Positions 23,731-35,469 of a stretch of 43,990 bases of DNA are shown piece after piece. Within the stretch, counting starts at the first letter, position 1, and each line of letters opens with the position of its first letter. The position numbers were made by a program, and so were the translations under genes. Origin of the DNA: Dicyema japonicum (taxonomy: Eukaryota > Animalia > Dicyemida); assembly GCA_011109175.1 (NCBI GenBank), contig RDEW01000066.1, positions 65,087-109,076 of the forward strand, given 5' to 3'. The notes under the pieces are model-generated. The model worked only from the letters and a program-made list of their open reading frames with translations, did not search any database and was not told where the DNA came from.

Positions 23731-24889
23731 GAATTATCCAATCCACTCTACGAAAAAAAGAAACCTGATGAAATAAAACTGGATGATAACTCCGAATCAC
23801 GCGCGGAAATCGATAACCGAAGACAAGGATCCATTTTGCTCTCTCTGGATGGGTCTAAGAGAACAAGGTTGTGCAGAGTACAGACAAATATTCAAGATTC
23901 AAAACTATATTACTAGAATTACGAATTTCATTTATCAAATAGATATTCATTGAATTTAAACCATAAATGTATCTTTTTTCATAAATTATTGTGTATGTTT
24001 TTTGAATCTGCTACTTCGGACCTTCTACTCGGAGCCTGCTCCGACGCATCGGGTCACTTTTTGAGAGAGTTACCGCCGATCTATCGAACACTGGTATCTG
24101 GCAGAACGAGTCTCTCTGGCTCTTCTCCTTCTTGTGAAACTAATCAAATAACACTTATACTAAAATTTATTCATGTTAGCTAAGTTAGTTTTTTGATACT
24201 CTTGATAATTTCTCTTGTCACAAGATCTATCAACGATTTCCACTTAAAGTTGAGGTTTTTCCTGGTCACTTTTTACCTTCACATTATTGTCATGGTAATT
24301 TCCTTTTATAAAATGTCATTTTTCGATCGTCAAATTGTTGACCTCAATCTGTTGGCAGTCATCGGTGTCAATCCATCCATTTCTGTACTTTCCAGGGTAT
24401 TCCTTATCATAGTGATCGGAATTTACACATTTATTGATCATTTACTTTGTGAATATTCTGTAGAATTTCGAGCGTGTGCACAAACGGGACCTTAGTTAAT
24501 TCACATTCTTTGGTCCTGTGGACGTGCTTTTAATAATAATACCACCCCATTTTAGCACCAAAGATACTATATTCACTTTAGCACTGTAAATCTGCTAATT
24601 CACTCGCAAGCAGGCCCGTATTTATGGATATTTTCCATTTTAACTTGTTTCAATAGTGCTGAGAAGTAATTCAGACTTCAATCAGGCTTTTAGTTCTTTT
24701 TGTCTTATCCAAAACAGAAATATCAGGTTTATTATTCCGGAGAATGATATATTGTGGTATCCAGCTGTATTTTCACAAATTCATTAGCCGTTGTAGATTT
24801 TACCGACTGTGTCTTGAGCCTTGACGAAGGAAAGAAAGCGATTCCGGGCGATGACCCGGATGTCTCCACAGCTACTTGCGTAAATTTTA

Positions 24890-25285
24890 AACACAAAAAA
24901 GTTAGTGAGATAATTTTTTCCATCTTGACACAAGTTTTTGAAATCTCGGTATCATTGAAGAGAGTGTTACTCTTAGCTCATTATGCACTACTAAACGAGT
25001 TCGATATTTAGATTTCATTGCAGCTAGTTGCAGAAAATCCAGTTTCGCATAAATATGAGATAACAAATGCCAATAAAACTTTCATTTCTTTAATCGTCAA
25101 AATTTCATATTAAATGGAAACATGTCATTAATATTTTTCTGTATACTAGAATTCCATAACTCCAATTTTTTAATGAATGCTTTTACTTTGTCTTTTTGAG
25201 TGAATGAATGCAGTTGTAGTCCCTGCATTGATTTATTGAATACACTCAATTCTCCAAAAATGTCAACCAAATAGGAAAATTTGGC
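24890..25285 (-). mobile_element. Buster-type hAT transposase C-terminal fragment, internally deleted
   Basis: [20 protein letters not shown]...KAFIKKLELW joined to SYLCETGFS.LAAMKSKYRTRL...LRVTLS.MIPRFQKLVS...SH*. Confidence 0.85.
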
Positions 25286-25289
25286 AATA

Positions 25290-26400
25290 AAGTTATCATT
25301 CCTGCACAATTGTGCATCTGCCGGCCGAATTCCCCGCCACACACAACTCAATAACGTTGTCAGGAGGGTTTTGGAGTCGGCTGGTTTCCTGTCCACTCTA
25401 GAGCCAGTCGGCCTTTCCCGGAGCGACGGCAAGCGTCCCGACGGGATGACGACCTTTCCTTTTAGGAAAGGCAAGTCCCTGGTTTGGGATGCCACGTGCG
25501 TCGACTCTTTTTCGGTGACGATGCTACCCAAGNNNNNNNNNNNNNNNNNNNNNNNNNNNNNNNNNNNNNNNNNNNNNNNNNNNNNNNNNNNNNNNNNNNN
25601 NNNNNNNNNNNNNNNNNNNNNNNNNNNNNNNNNNNNNNNNNNNNNNNNNNNNNNNNNNNNNNNNNNNNNNNNNNNNNNNNNNNNNNNNNNNNNNNNNNNN
25701 NNNNNNNNNNNNNNNNNNNNNNNNNNNNNNNNNNNNNNNNNNNNNNNNNNNNNNNNNNNNNNNNNNNNNNNNNNNNNNNNNNNNNNNNNNNNNNNNNNNN
25801 NNNNNNNNNNNNNNNNNNNNNNNNNNNNNNNNNNNNNNNNNNNNNNNNNNNNNNNNNNNNNNNNNNNNNNNNNNNNNNNNNNNNNNNNNNNNNNNNNNNN
25901 NNNNNNNNNNNNNNNNNNNNNNNNNNNNNNNNNNNNNNNNNNNNNNNNNNNNNNNNNNNNNNNNNNNNNNNNNNNNNNNNNNNNNNNNNNNNNNNNNNNN
26001 NNNNNNNNNNNNNNNNNNNNNNNNNNNNNNNNNNNNNNNNNNNNNNNNNNNNNNNNNNNNNNNNNNNNNNNNNNNNNNNNNNNNNNNNNNNNNNNNNNNN
26101 NNNNNNNNNNNNNNNNNNNNNNNNNNNNNNNNNNNNNNNNNNNNNNNNNNNNNNNNNNNNNNNNNNNNNNNNNNNNNNNNNNNNNNNNNNNNNNNNNNNN
26201 NNNNNNNNNNNNNNNNNNNNNNNNNNNNNNNNNNNNNNNNNNNNNNNNNNNNNNNNNNNNNNNNNNNNNNNNNNNNNNNNNNNNNNNNNNNNNNNNNNNN
26301 NNNNNNNNNNNNNNNNNNNNNNNNNNNNNNNNNNNNNNGCTGTAGTCCGAGGGAATGACTTTGCTATTCGCGAGACTGGTCGAGCGTCTTTGAAGCCATT
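25290..26400 (+). mobile_element. CRE-like RLE retrotransposon 3' part spanning the second gap
   Basis: [32 protein letters not shown] before the gap; AVVRGN after it. Confidence 0.85.
25533..26338. other. Assembly gap (N run)
   Basis: Run of n. Confidence 1.
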
Positions 26401-26501
26401 AACTAGACTAACTCTTTCTTATTTATTACAAAGCATGAGAATGTATTTATTAAGTAAAATATGACCACTTGTCAGTGTTGAGACAGGGTAAAGTAGATAT
26501 A

Positions 26502-27758
26502 CAGTAAACATCGGTTAATTGCATAACATTTGTCCACGGAAAATTATATGCAATTATCCGATATTTTAATAAAAATCAACAATTTTTTAATAGGCAAGAA
26601 AAGGAAATAATCAAAAACATTTAAAAAAATCATTCTTCATCCTCATTAGCAAAATCCATCGTTGTTTCGTCACATTCAATGCCACTAAATATATTTCCCT
26701 CCTCTTACTCATGGAATCCAGCCTCAGCAAAAAACTTGTAAATTGTTGCTATTTTGACTTTGCTCCAAGCCATTTTGAGCATGTATAGCGCATCCAAGAG
26801 AGTGATAGAATTCACAACGGATTTGAGACAGGCATAGTCTGAATCAATTACGGCAATCACTCTTTTTAGAAAAGCCAATCTGTAGTTGTGCTTTAGACTT
26901 TTTATGATCCCATTTCACATGGCTGAATGCATGCGGATGTGTTTTGTGGAATAAAATACAATCTAACATTTGATAGATTTTCTCCACCATTTTTTGGATG
27001 CACAGCACAATTGTCAATGACCATGGCTATATTTCTTTATTGCATTTTCATTTTCTTGTTAACACATGATAACCAGTTTTTAAAAATGGATGATGTCATC
27101 CATGCATTCTATAATTCTACTGAAATTGATATGCTACCTTATTGACAACGTAGTTAACTGGAAGTGTTTTGATTCCTTTGAAGCACCTAGGATTCTTTCT
27201 TTTCCCAATGACCATCAATGGATGTTTGTCCGAACCCGTCATGTTGCAGGATACCATTACAGTTATTCTATCCTTCATTTTTTTACTTCCAATCGGTATT
27301 TCATTTTTAAATGATAGTGTCCGGTCGGGTAAACCTCGGAATATGAGTCCTGTTTCATCACAATTATAAATGTTTTCCGGTGTATAATCTTTTAAAAGAT
27401 CTTTTAATGTCCATTGGCACCAGTATTCAGCAGCATTTATGTCGGAATCTTTTTTCTCCCCATAAATGCGTTTAAATGATATGTTGTTTCTTTCTTTCCA
27501 CCGCTGAAGCCAACCTGTAATAATAATTAAATTTTAAAATTACAAATTATAATTATGCAATTATACGAAAATTTTTATAAGAAAAAATAGTAAATGTTCC
27601 CAATGAGAGTATGCAATTAACCGATTTATTCAATTAACCGATATGCAATCAACCGATATTTTTGAATGGAAACCATATAAGTTATGGTTTTAAACATAAA
27701 TTTATGCCATTAACCGATTTATGCAATTAACCGATATGAAATTAACCGATGTTTACTG
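26502..27758 (-). mobile_element. pogo/Tigger element with both TIRs, internally deleted and degenerate (1257 bp)
   Basis: TIR CAGTAAACATCGGTTAATT at both ends with TA duplications (26500-01, 27759-60) and AATTAACCGAT subterminal repeats. Motifs GWLQRWKER, NCDETG, IDNCAVH, QPCEMGII. Confidence 0.92.
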
Positions 27759-27764
27759 TACATA

Positions 27765-29205
27765 CACCCCTCGACATTAAAATCCGAACGCTTAATTTTA
27801 AGCAAATTTTTAATCATTTTCAATAAAATAATTTATTTGAGCTTCTTTATTTGTATTATTTTAACTATTTATATATTTAAATAGATATTCGAACATATAA
27901 TTTTAATAATTAAAGCAGAAACGTGTTTTCTAGTGACAAAAAATTCCGAACGGTAATTTGTTCAAACCGTAAAATACGATTTTTATTAGACAGAAATGAA
28001 TAATTTCGAACAAGGACAAGTTATATCTTTATATAATCAAAATTTCTCATATAAAATGATTTCGGACATCGTCAATATACCGAAGACTACTGTTTGGGAC
28101 TTTGTTCAAAAATATTTAAAATCCGGGATTACGTGCAGAAAGGCTGGATCCGGAAGGCCACCTAAGTTAAGTCAAGATGAAATTAAGATTCTTTTATCAT
28201 TATCAAGCGATAATTTTCGAACCGCAGCTACCTTGTCTTTAGAAATGGAAAAAATTACACAAAAAAAAGTCTCAGCACGAACAATAACAAAAATCTTAAA
28301 CTCAAAAGGTTTGTATGGACGTGTTGTAAAGAAACGACCATGTCTAAGTTCAAAAAATATTGCCCTCAGATATGAAATATCTAAAAAATTTCTTGCAATT
28401 TCCGACAGCGGATGGAGGAAAGTTATTTTCTCCGACGAATGTAGCTTTGAACTTTTTTCCCATTCAAGACGAATGTATCAATACAGAAAAAAAGGAAATA
28501 AGTTGAGATACGCGAAGATAATACCCACTTTCAAGTTTGGTGGAGGGAAAGTTCTTGTTTGGGGCTGTTTTTCGTATTTCGGAATGGGGAAATTAGTTTT
28601 TATTGATGGAAAAATGAACTCTGGGGAATATATTAATATTCTGGCAAATAATCTTGAAGATTCAGCGAATAAAATGGGATTGAGCGACTATATATTCCAA
28701 CAAGATAATGCGCCTTGCCACACATCTAAGGCAACTAAAGAATATATGTCGTCTCAAAATATAAATTTGCTCGATTGGTCACCTCAGTCACCTGACCTGA
28801 ACCCAATCGAACACATTTGGGCTCACATTAAAAACGTTCTTTCAAGTGATGCGTCAGAAAACATAACAAGTACAAAAATTGATCTAAAGCAAAAAATATC
28901 GGAAATTTGGGATAATATCCCAATGGAATTCATCAGAAAACTTGTTAGCTCAATGAAAAATCGTAGTTTGGAAGTATACAACAGAAAAGGAAGGCAGTCA
29001 AGCTACTAATTAAATTTCGTTCGGTTTTTTTTGTCATGAAATTTTCGTTTTTTGCTTTATTCTTTAAAACTACTTTATAAAATAAACGATTAATTATATT
29101 AATAGTTAGAATAATACAAATAAGGAAGCTCAAATAAATTATTTTATTGAAAATGATTAAAAATTTGCTTAAAATTAAGCGTTCGGATTTTAATGTCGAG
29201 GGGTG
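27765..29205 (+). mobile_element. Full-length Tc1 DD34E transposon with long IR-DR TIRs (1441 bp)
   Basis: Terminus CACCCCTCGACATTAAAATCCGAACG mirrored at the right end, TA flanks, TIRs of about 200 bp with an inner repeat GACAAAAA..CCGAACG. Confidence 0.97.
27996..29009 (+). CDS. Intact Tc1 transposase, 337 aa
   Basis: HTH with GSGRP, FSDEC, QQDNAPCH, SPDLNPIE. 34 residues separate the second D and the E. No stops. Confidence 0.97.
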   Translation: MNNFEQGQVISLYNQNFSYKMISDIVNIPKTTVWDFVQKYLKSGITCRKAGSGRPPKLSQDEIKILLSLSSDNFRTAATLSLEMEKITQKKVSARTITKILNSKGLYGRVVKKRPCLSSKNIALRYEISKKFLAISDSGWRKVIFSDECSFELFSHSRRMYQYRKKGNKLRYAKIIPTFKFGGGKVLVWGCFSYFGMGKLVFIDGKMNSGEYINILANNLEDSANKMGLSDYIFQQDNAPCHTSKATKEYMSSQNINLLDWSPQSPDLNPIEHIWAHIKNVLSSDASENITSTKIDLKQKISEIWDNIPMEFIRKLVSSMKNRSLEVYNRKGRQSSY

Positions 29206-29549
29206 TAGTTAATTTCCACCACAAAATTGAAACATATGTGCCCACGGCCATAAAAGTTATAACATTTATGTTTAACCTATTAATCAACACAAACACCATC
29301 AGGAAAATCTGAAAAATTCTTTTTAAAACCAATTTTTCTCAAACTATAAACCTCACAGCGACCGATTATGTTCCCAGCCTTTGTTTAAAAGTGTTATGTT
29401 CCCACCCTTTGTTTAGAAGGATTTCAAAGTTGATTTTTCAAAATTATTCCTTCACATTAAAGTTAGATTAACTTACGTCAACTTGAATCATATCTAGATA
29501 TTACGTTTGTCATAATAATTTTTTTCCGCATCAAAAATGGAAGTCTCTT

Positions 29550-30140
29550 TTTCGAAAATATTGACCCGCATCACAAGGTACTGCTACTTTTAGTAATTGA
29601 GATTCTCAATGCATGTTGGTTTTTAGATTATCTACCATCGGCCTGGAGACGGTCAGAAGTACGGATGATACAAAAATCGGGGAAAAGCAGAGACCGGGCT
29701 GTTAATTAAAGACCTACAAGTCGTATCTGCACAGTTTCAAGAATAATGAAGGAAATCGTTTGGCATCGGAAAAATGTACAGTTACACACATATCGAAGAA
29801 AAGAAGTGAGAGACAGGCTGATAGTCTAATATCGGAGTTTGTTCGGACTTAGAGTCTCCATTATTTTGGAATGGTTTTTGACAACGTGAATACCGATACT
29901 CTTGTTTATATCTACAAAAGTGTGATCGAACCAGGACTTTTATATGGATGCGAAAGTTGGATGTTCTCCGACAAAAAACAACGGATTATTGACATTTTTG
30001 ACAAAACAAGAAGATATGTCATGAAGTTAGCCTTCAAGCGTAGAGTGGATACTCCGCTTAGCGACTTGGAGGCAAACTCAACTGAGAAGATAGGCGCTTT
30101 GATTGAACAGAGAATAAAAACCTTTAACAATGACAGATAA
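29550..30140 (+). mobile_element. Degenerate APE-type LINE RT fragments
   Basis: LPSAWRRSEVRMIQKSGK..RP joined to the post-RT segment YIYKSVIEPGLLYGCESW. Confidence 0.7.
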
Positions 30141-30344
30141 TTCGGGGTTTTGGAAGCAGTCAACAACGCAAAGAGGCAATGTTAGGTCTCATAACTTTTT
30201 TTCGTTAACAAGACCGTTTCCTTAACCATATAACTTTTTTTCGTTCTCCCGATTTCGTGTTAAATAAAATCATTCATTCATTATGAGTTGCTACTAAACT
30301 TAACTGCCGGGAAAAAATTAAATAAACAGGCTTAAGGTAAGATT

Positions 30345-30587
30345 TATTTATTTTTAAAGAGAGGCTGTTAGAAGACTAGCATATTAAGACCTTCGGCATT
30401 CCTGCCTTTTCAGTCCAGCACACACGCTCGCTTCTCTACGCACAGCCACAGGTTAAGACTTACCGCCTTAGCTGCCACCCAGACATTATCTTCTCTAAAA
30501 CCTCAGGGAGGCCCGAGGCGTCGGAGAGCTCCTCTCGCCATCCTAAGCCATGGCCTAGCCGGATGGCTCGTCTTCTGACTTTCTTAG
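30345..30587 (-). mobile_element. 5'-truncated 3' end of LINE family A
   Basis: The reverse complement aligns with about 9033-9270 (gagcgtgtgtgctggac, gaaaaggcaggaatgccgaaggtc, aacagcctctct). Confidence 0.9.
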
Positions 30588-30836
30588 GATCTCAATTCTT
30601 TGACAAGAAAATTTGTTTCCAAAAGAACAATCGGCAACTATTTGAAGGACAATAGTTTATTCAAGAGTGTGCCAAAAAAAACCATATATGTCCGAAAAAA
30701 TATTAAAAAACGTTTTGTTCTATCCAAAAAATTTATCTCAGTTGATACTAGACTTAACTGCCGCGAAAAAAATTAAATATATAAGCTTGAAAACATGTTA
30801 TTTGAAATACTAGAATTGGTGGATTAGTATTTAAGG

Positions 30837-31900
30837 TTAATCAGCTGTCCAGAAATGTTTGCTAGAAATATAAATATTTTTAAATACAATAACTCATCAT
30901 TTTGACGATTTTTGAGCTTTTTTCCAAAGATCATTCCAATTATAATGATAATGATTAACAACGAAATAATAATTGCAATAATGTACCAAATGTTGAACAC
31001 TGTTCCTTTAATTATATTGAATTTTGTAGTTTTAATTGTAGAAGCAGTAGTCATGACCTTTGTCGAAGTCTGTCTATATTTTTATTGATTACCTTTTTCA
31101 CAGTTGTTTTAATTTTTTTTGTTCGGGCGGAAATAGTAGTTCTGATCTTTGTCGGCGCCTGTCTTTACATTTTTATTAATTACTTTTGTGACAGTTGTAG
31201 GCTTTGTATTAGTTTTTGTGTTTTTTTAGTTGTATGTCTTCTTGTAAAGTGAATCACTAAACATATTATTCAGATTTTCAAATAATACCTGAGTTGTTTG
31301 AGTCGAAGAACCATGGAATTATATATTGGATAGTTTCATTGAATTGTAAATCATGGCAATATAAGGTCTGTTCTTTTGATAGTATTCGATTGCTAAAATC
31401 TGAAACAAAATTATTAACCTTTTATTATTACTCATGACATTTCTAGAATTTAGGCTATCCGGAAGCCCGAAAAAATTCAATAATTGATAGAGGATTGTTC
31501 CATGATATATCTACGACTATTTCACATTAAAACGACTTAACATTTTCATTTGTTTTTTGAATATTTAAATTAGTTATATTTACTGTTGGATTCGAAGAAT
31601 TACTAAATATGTTAATTAAAAGATGTACACTATTCTGATCGTTAAATGCTCAACTGTTGAGTTTTCATCGACTTCATTAATCTTTAGTGAAGGTAAAATG
31701 GCCTTGATATATAATCTAATTATTTTACATTTTTAATGATCTCTATTTGATCTTCCTAGGTACATTAACTTCAATACTTTCATACCGGGACATTTCCAAA
31801 GTCAATGTTTAGATTAAGATCACCTCATATATAATTTAAGTAAAAAATACCAGAAATTATACCAAACAAACTTATAATGCTCAATGTATTTCGTAGCATT
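30837..31900 (-). pseudogene. Probable type I membrane protein gene (Thr/Lys-rich stalk, TM helix), frameshifted, with tiny introns
   Basis: TM segment IWYIIAIIISLLIIIIIIGMIFG followed by KKLKNR. An ~85-nt duplicated Thr-rich unit lies upstream. Candidate introns at 30862-30887 (26 nt) and 31257-31288 (32 nt). The upstream limit is uncertain. Confidence 0.5.
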
Positions 31901-32089
31901 AAAAATTGACGGAGAATTAGAATTTATGTCGAAAATATAGGTTAAAGCCAAAATTCCTAAAAATTATTTTTCATTTCCAGTTTGTTAATTTTTGAGATAT
32001 ACAGTCGACTATTCATTTAACGAAATGAAATTTTGATATCGTTAAATCATTTAACGAAAAAAATTTTTTTAATTAAACATTTGTCATGT

Positions 32090-32800
32090 AATTACTCCAG
32101 GCCGAAAATATCTTGAATAAATGGGACTTACGCATAAACATTACGAAGACCGACCGTACACGAATCGAACGAAGAAATACAAGGAATGACGAGCACTGGA
32201 GGCATACAAAAAAACTTGGCTCACTACTTGGGGATGCCGAAGATATTTGCCGAAGAAAGATGCTTGCCACCATCTTCTTTAAAAAATGCACAACATCTGG
32301 ATAAGGAAAAAGCATGTTTCGCTGAAAATTCGCATTAGATTATATGATACTTTCGTGAAGCCAATACTGCTCTATAATTCTGGTACATGAGACCCTCAAA
32401 AAACGACTTAGAGAAGCTAAATGCATTTCACAGGAACCAACTCCGTATATTGATCGGAATCCTGGCCAAGGAAAATCTCAAATGAAAAACTATACAATCT
32501 ATGTAAATCTAGACCAATCAGCATGGACGTTATTTTATCGAGATGGCAAACTATTTGGACATATTCTTAGACTGGACCCTACTACCCCATGTAACACAAT
32601 AATGGCTGAATACTTCCACTCCGGAAGTCGTGGGTATCGAGGGAGACCAGGAACACGCTTGCTACATGCTTAAAAGAAGACTACGCAACAATCGGCGGTA
32701 AACTGGTGACGGCGGACGATCTGGACGATGTTCGAATGAGGGCCAGGAACAAGAGAGCGTGGGCGAAAATGGCAGAGGATAGCTCTAAGCATGGCTTCAA
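32090..32800 (+). mobile_element. RTE-like LINE 3' fragment
   Basis: LRINITKT, KKLGSLL, FVKPILLYNSG, AFHRNQLR, LFGHILRL, RGRP, AW..M. Confidence 0.8.
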
Positions 32801-32829
32801 GCGAAACCCTTTTAGNAATTTTTTTTTCT

Positions 32830-34105
32830 TTTTCTCCGTTCCTTGTTTATATGTTTTCGATAGTTTTTCAATGCAACTAAGCAATCATTCGAAAAATGTT
32901 CGAGGCCAACAAAAAATGTTTTGAAATTGTTAAAGTTATTAACAGCATCTTCCAATCCAATTTTTAAATTTTCAGTATCTTCATTTTCGGTATCTTCTAT
33001 TTTTATTTCACATTCCTCCAAGCTTTCGTCATTGTTAAGAATGCTGTCGTCAATAAGCCGATTTTTTATTCTTAAGTCGAGCTCTAGGATTTCCTCCGGA
33101 TCAGCTACATCAATAATGTTTAGCTCATTTAGTAATTCTCCGAATCCCTCGATTTCACAGGAAAAATCATCAATAATTCCACTCATGAGGCCTGTTTTAT
33201 TCCAGCAATTGTTGATAGTCTTAGAAGAAATGTCACTCCAAGCATATGATGTAATAATTACTGCATCTTTTATATTAATCTGTTAAAATAGCGATTCAGC
33301 ATGTGTTTGGGAATCAATTTCGTTCACAACATGAGAGAGTTGGTAATTATAATATCGAGACTTGAAGCTCTTGATTATTCATGCGTCCAATGGTTGTAAT
33401 TTTGTTGAGTTTTTTGGAAGGAACAATAGCTCAATAAATTTACTGTGATGACTAATTTTATGACTTGGACAATTGTCCAAAATCAATAATATTTTTCTTT
33501 TTAACTTCATATCTATATCCATCAACAATAAATTAAATTCTTTTGAAGTCATCCACGAAGTTTGGCTGTATGAATATCTACAAAATGCTGAATAATTGAA
33601 GTTTTTGAATTTTCTGTTTTTTTTGAATTTTCCAATTATAAAGGGCATTAGTTTTTAACTCCCATCGTTATTGCAGCAAAATAGAACTGTTATTCTTTCC
33701 TTTTATTTTTTAATCCCAGATCTGATTTTCGAAACAATACTCTTTGAAAGGAGCAAGTTTATAAAAGAGTGCGGTCTCATCACAGTTAAATATGTCTGAA
33801 GGTTTGTATGAAATAAATTTTTTTTGACAATATAAAATAAAGTATCATAGTTACAATCTTTTTTTCAAATCCTTTGCCATTACATACTCTCATATGAATA
33901 TTGTGACGTTTTTTAAATTTCGACACCCAGCCATTAGATGCTTTAAATACATCAGTTTCATTTGAATTAGAACACACATTTCCATTTTAATATAATGACT
34001 TTGCTTTTTCCTGGAGGATTGCATCATTATAAAAGCCACCACCGGCCTCAAACATATCGACCCATTCCTTTAACTCAGAGTCAATAGTTTTGAATTTCAG
34101 ATTTA
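32830..34105 (-). mobile_element. Degenerate pogo/Tigger transposase
   Basis: CENP-B HTH (IDSELKEW, FKASNGWVSKFKKRH), DETA, RITVLFCCN.DG, ILDNCPSH, LQPLDA. Confidence 0.88.
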
Positions 34106-34136
34106 CAGTGTAGATTCTACATTGTAGACCATTCTA

Positions 34137-34751
34137 GACCATTCTCTACTCAGAGCAGTCGTATGGGGACACAATGTCTGCGTTTATGCATATGGACAAG
34201 TGTCGAAAAGATTACTACTCCAGTCGATTAAAGGAATAAAAAGCATACAAGTGAAGTAAAGATAATCGGGGGAGAGTGCAACGTGTTTCTCTCTACAGTG
34301 GATTTAGAAGATGGCGACATAATAGACTTGCTTCAAAATTACAGCATAATCTGTATTTTAGAAGAGGAGGTGTTTACTCTATGTCTGGATGAGGATATCT
34401 TTGTCCCCGAGTTTAAAGAGAAGAGGTCCGGAGTTCATCGTGTCTTTCAATTCACAATATGTAATAAGAAGGCAGAGAGGAATGGATTCTTAACATTAGT
34501 GGACTTTTCTGTGAACGCAGTGGATCCATCAATTAACGACTTTAATGAACTGCTTTGTGCTCTGGCTGGCAAGAAAACAGTCATTCACCGTCCCAAGACC
34601 AGGCTGACAAAGCATATGGAACAGATTTTGGTTGCCTGGGTGTTTGGTAGTCTTTTTGGTCAGTATATCTTCGACGTGGACTGATATAGACCAAACTCTA
34701 GTTTCCTTGAAGTATGCCAGAAAAGTAGACATTCGGGCACCTTTTAGGTAG
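34137..34751 (+). pseudogene. Highly divergent C-terminal kinesin motor-homology domain, two frameshifts
   Basis: GHNVCVYAYGQ, DIIDLL, HRVFQFTI, GFLTLVDF, LLCALAGKK...TRLTKHM, then LVVFLVSIS....DQTLVSLKYARKV and a stop at 34749-34751, in kinesin order. Frames 3, 2, 3. Confidence 0.75.
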
Positions 34752-34894
34752 CAAATATCCGAACCGTGATGTCAGGTCAAACGTCATTATTGTGGTTTCC
34801 AAAAAAATATAAATGGATTTTTGTTCGTTCTAAATGAATACTTTTTTAAAAACTATGAGTACTTATTCTCGTCTTAGTAAAAAAATATAATAAA

Positions 34895-35400
34895 ATAAAT
34901 TTGAGAGCCAAAATGAGAATTATATCTGCTTTTGAAAATGAAGATATAAATTGGCACATTGCGGCGAAATCGAATGGAGTTAAGCGAAATACAGCTTATA
35001 AACGGATACGAAATGCTTCACAACCTAATCAAAACGTGGAGGATCCAGATGGTCTAAAAATCACAGAAACTGAAATATCGAGAATGATAAACTATGTTGA
35101 GGAAAATCATGTCATCACTCTAAGTGAAATTTGTGCAAGACTACTTAATGAAACTGAATTTCTGTCCATTATTCGACAGCATCTAAATATTTACATGGAA
35201 AATTATTTACAGTTAAGAAATTATTTTTATATTGGTAAAAGCAAGCTTATAACTGAAGCGAATTTAATGAATTCGAAACAAACAAGATGAAACGGAAAGA
35301 ATATGTCGCAAAAATAATAAATAGAAAAAGTCGCGACAAAAATATAATTTATATGGATGAAACAAATTTAAACTTGTTTTTAAGAAGAAGAGCTCAAGTA
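34895..35400 (+). mobile_element. IS630/Tc1-like transposase remnant
   Basis: HTH (GVKRNTAY), YVEENHVITLSEI and IIYMDETNLNLF. Confidence 0.7.
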
Positions 35401-35469
35401 GAATTTATTAATTTCGATTTATATCGAAGGGGCACTGGCAAACAATGAGAGGGACAAATTATGTATAAT

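Noticed and set aside
24190-24520. Decayed coding-like segment on the minus strand
   Set aside because: There are stops in all frames and no recognisable family. The plus-strand hydrophobic ORF is likely an AT-bias artefact.
27515-27566. Intron in the pogo transposase before GWLQRW
   Set aside because: A good acceptor is present, but the upstream exon is deleted, so the donor cannot be validated.
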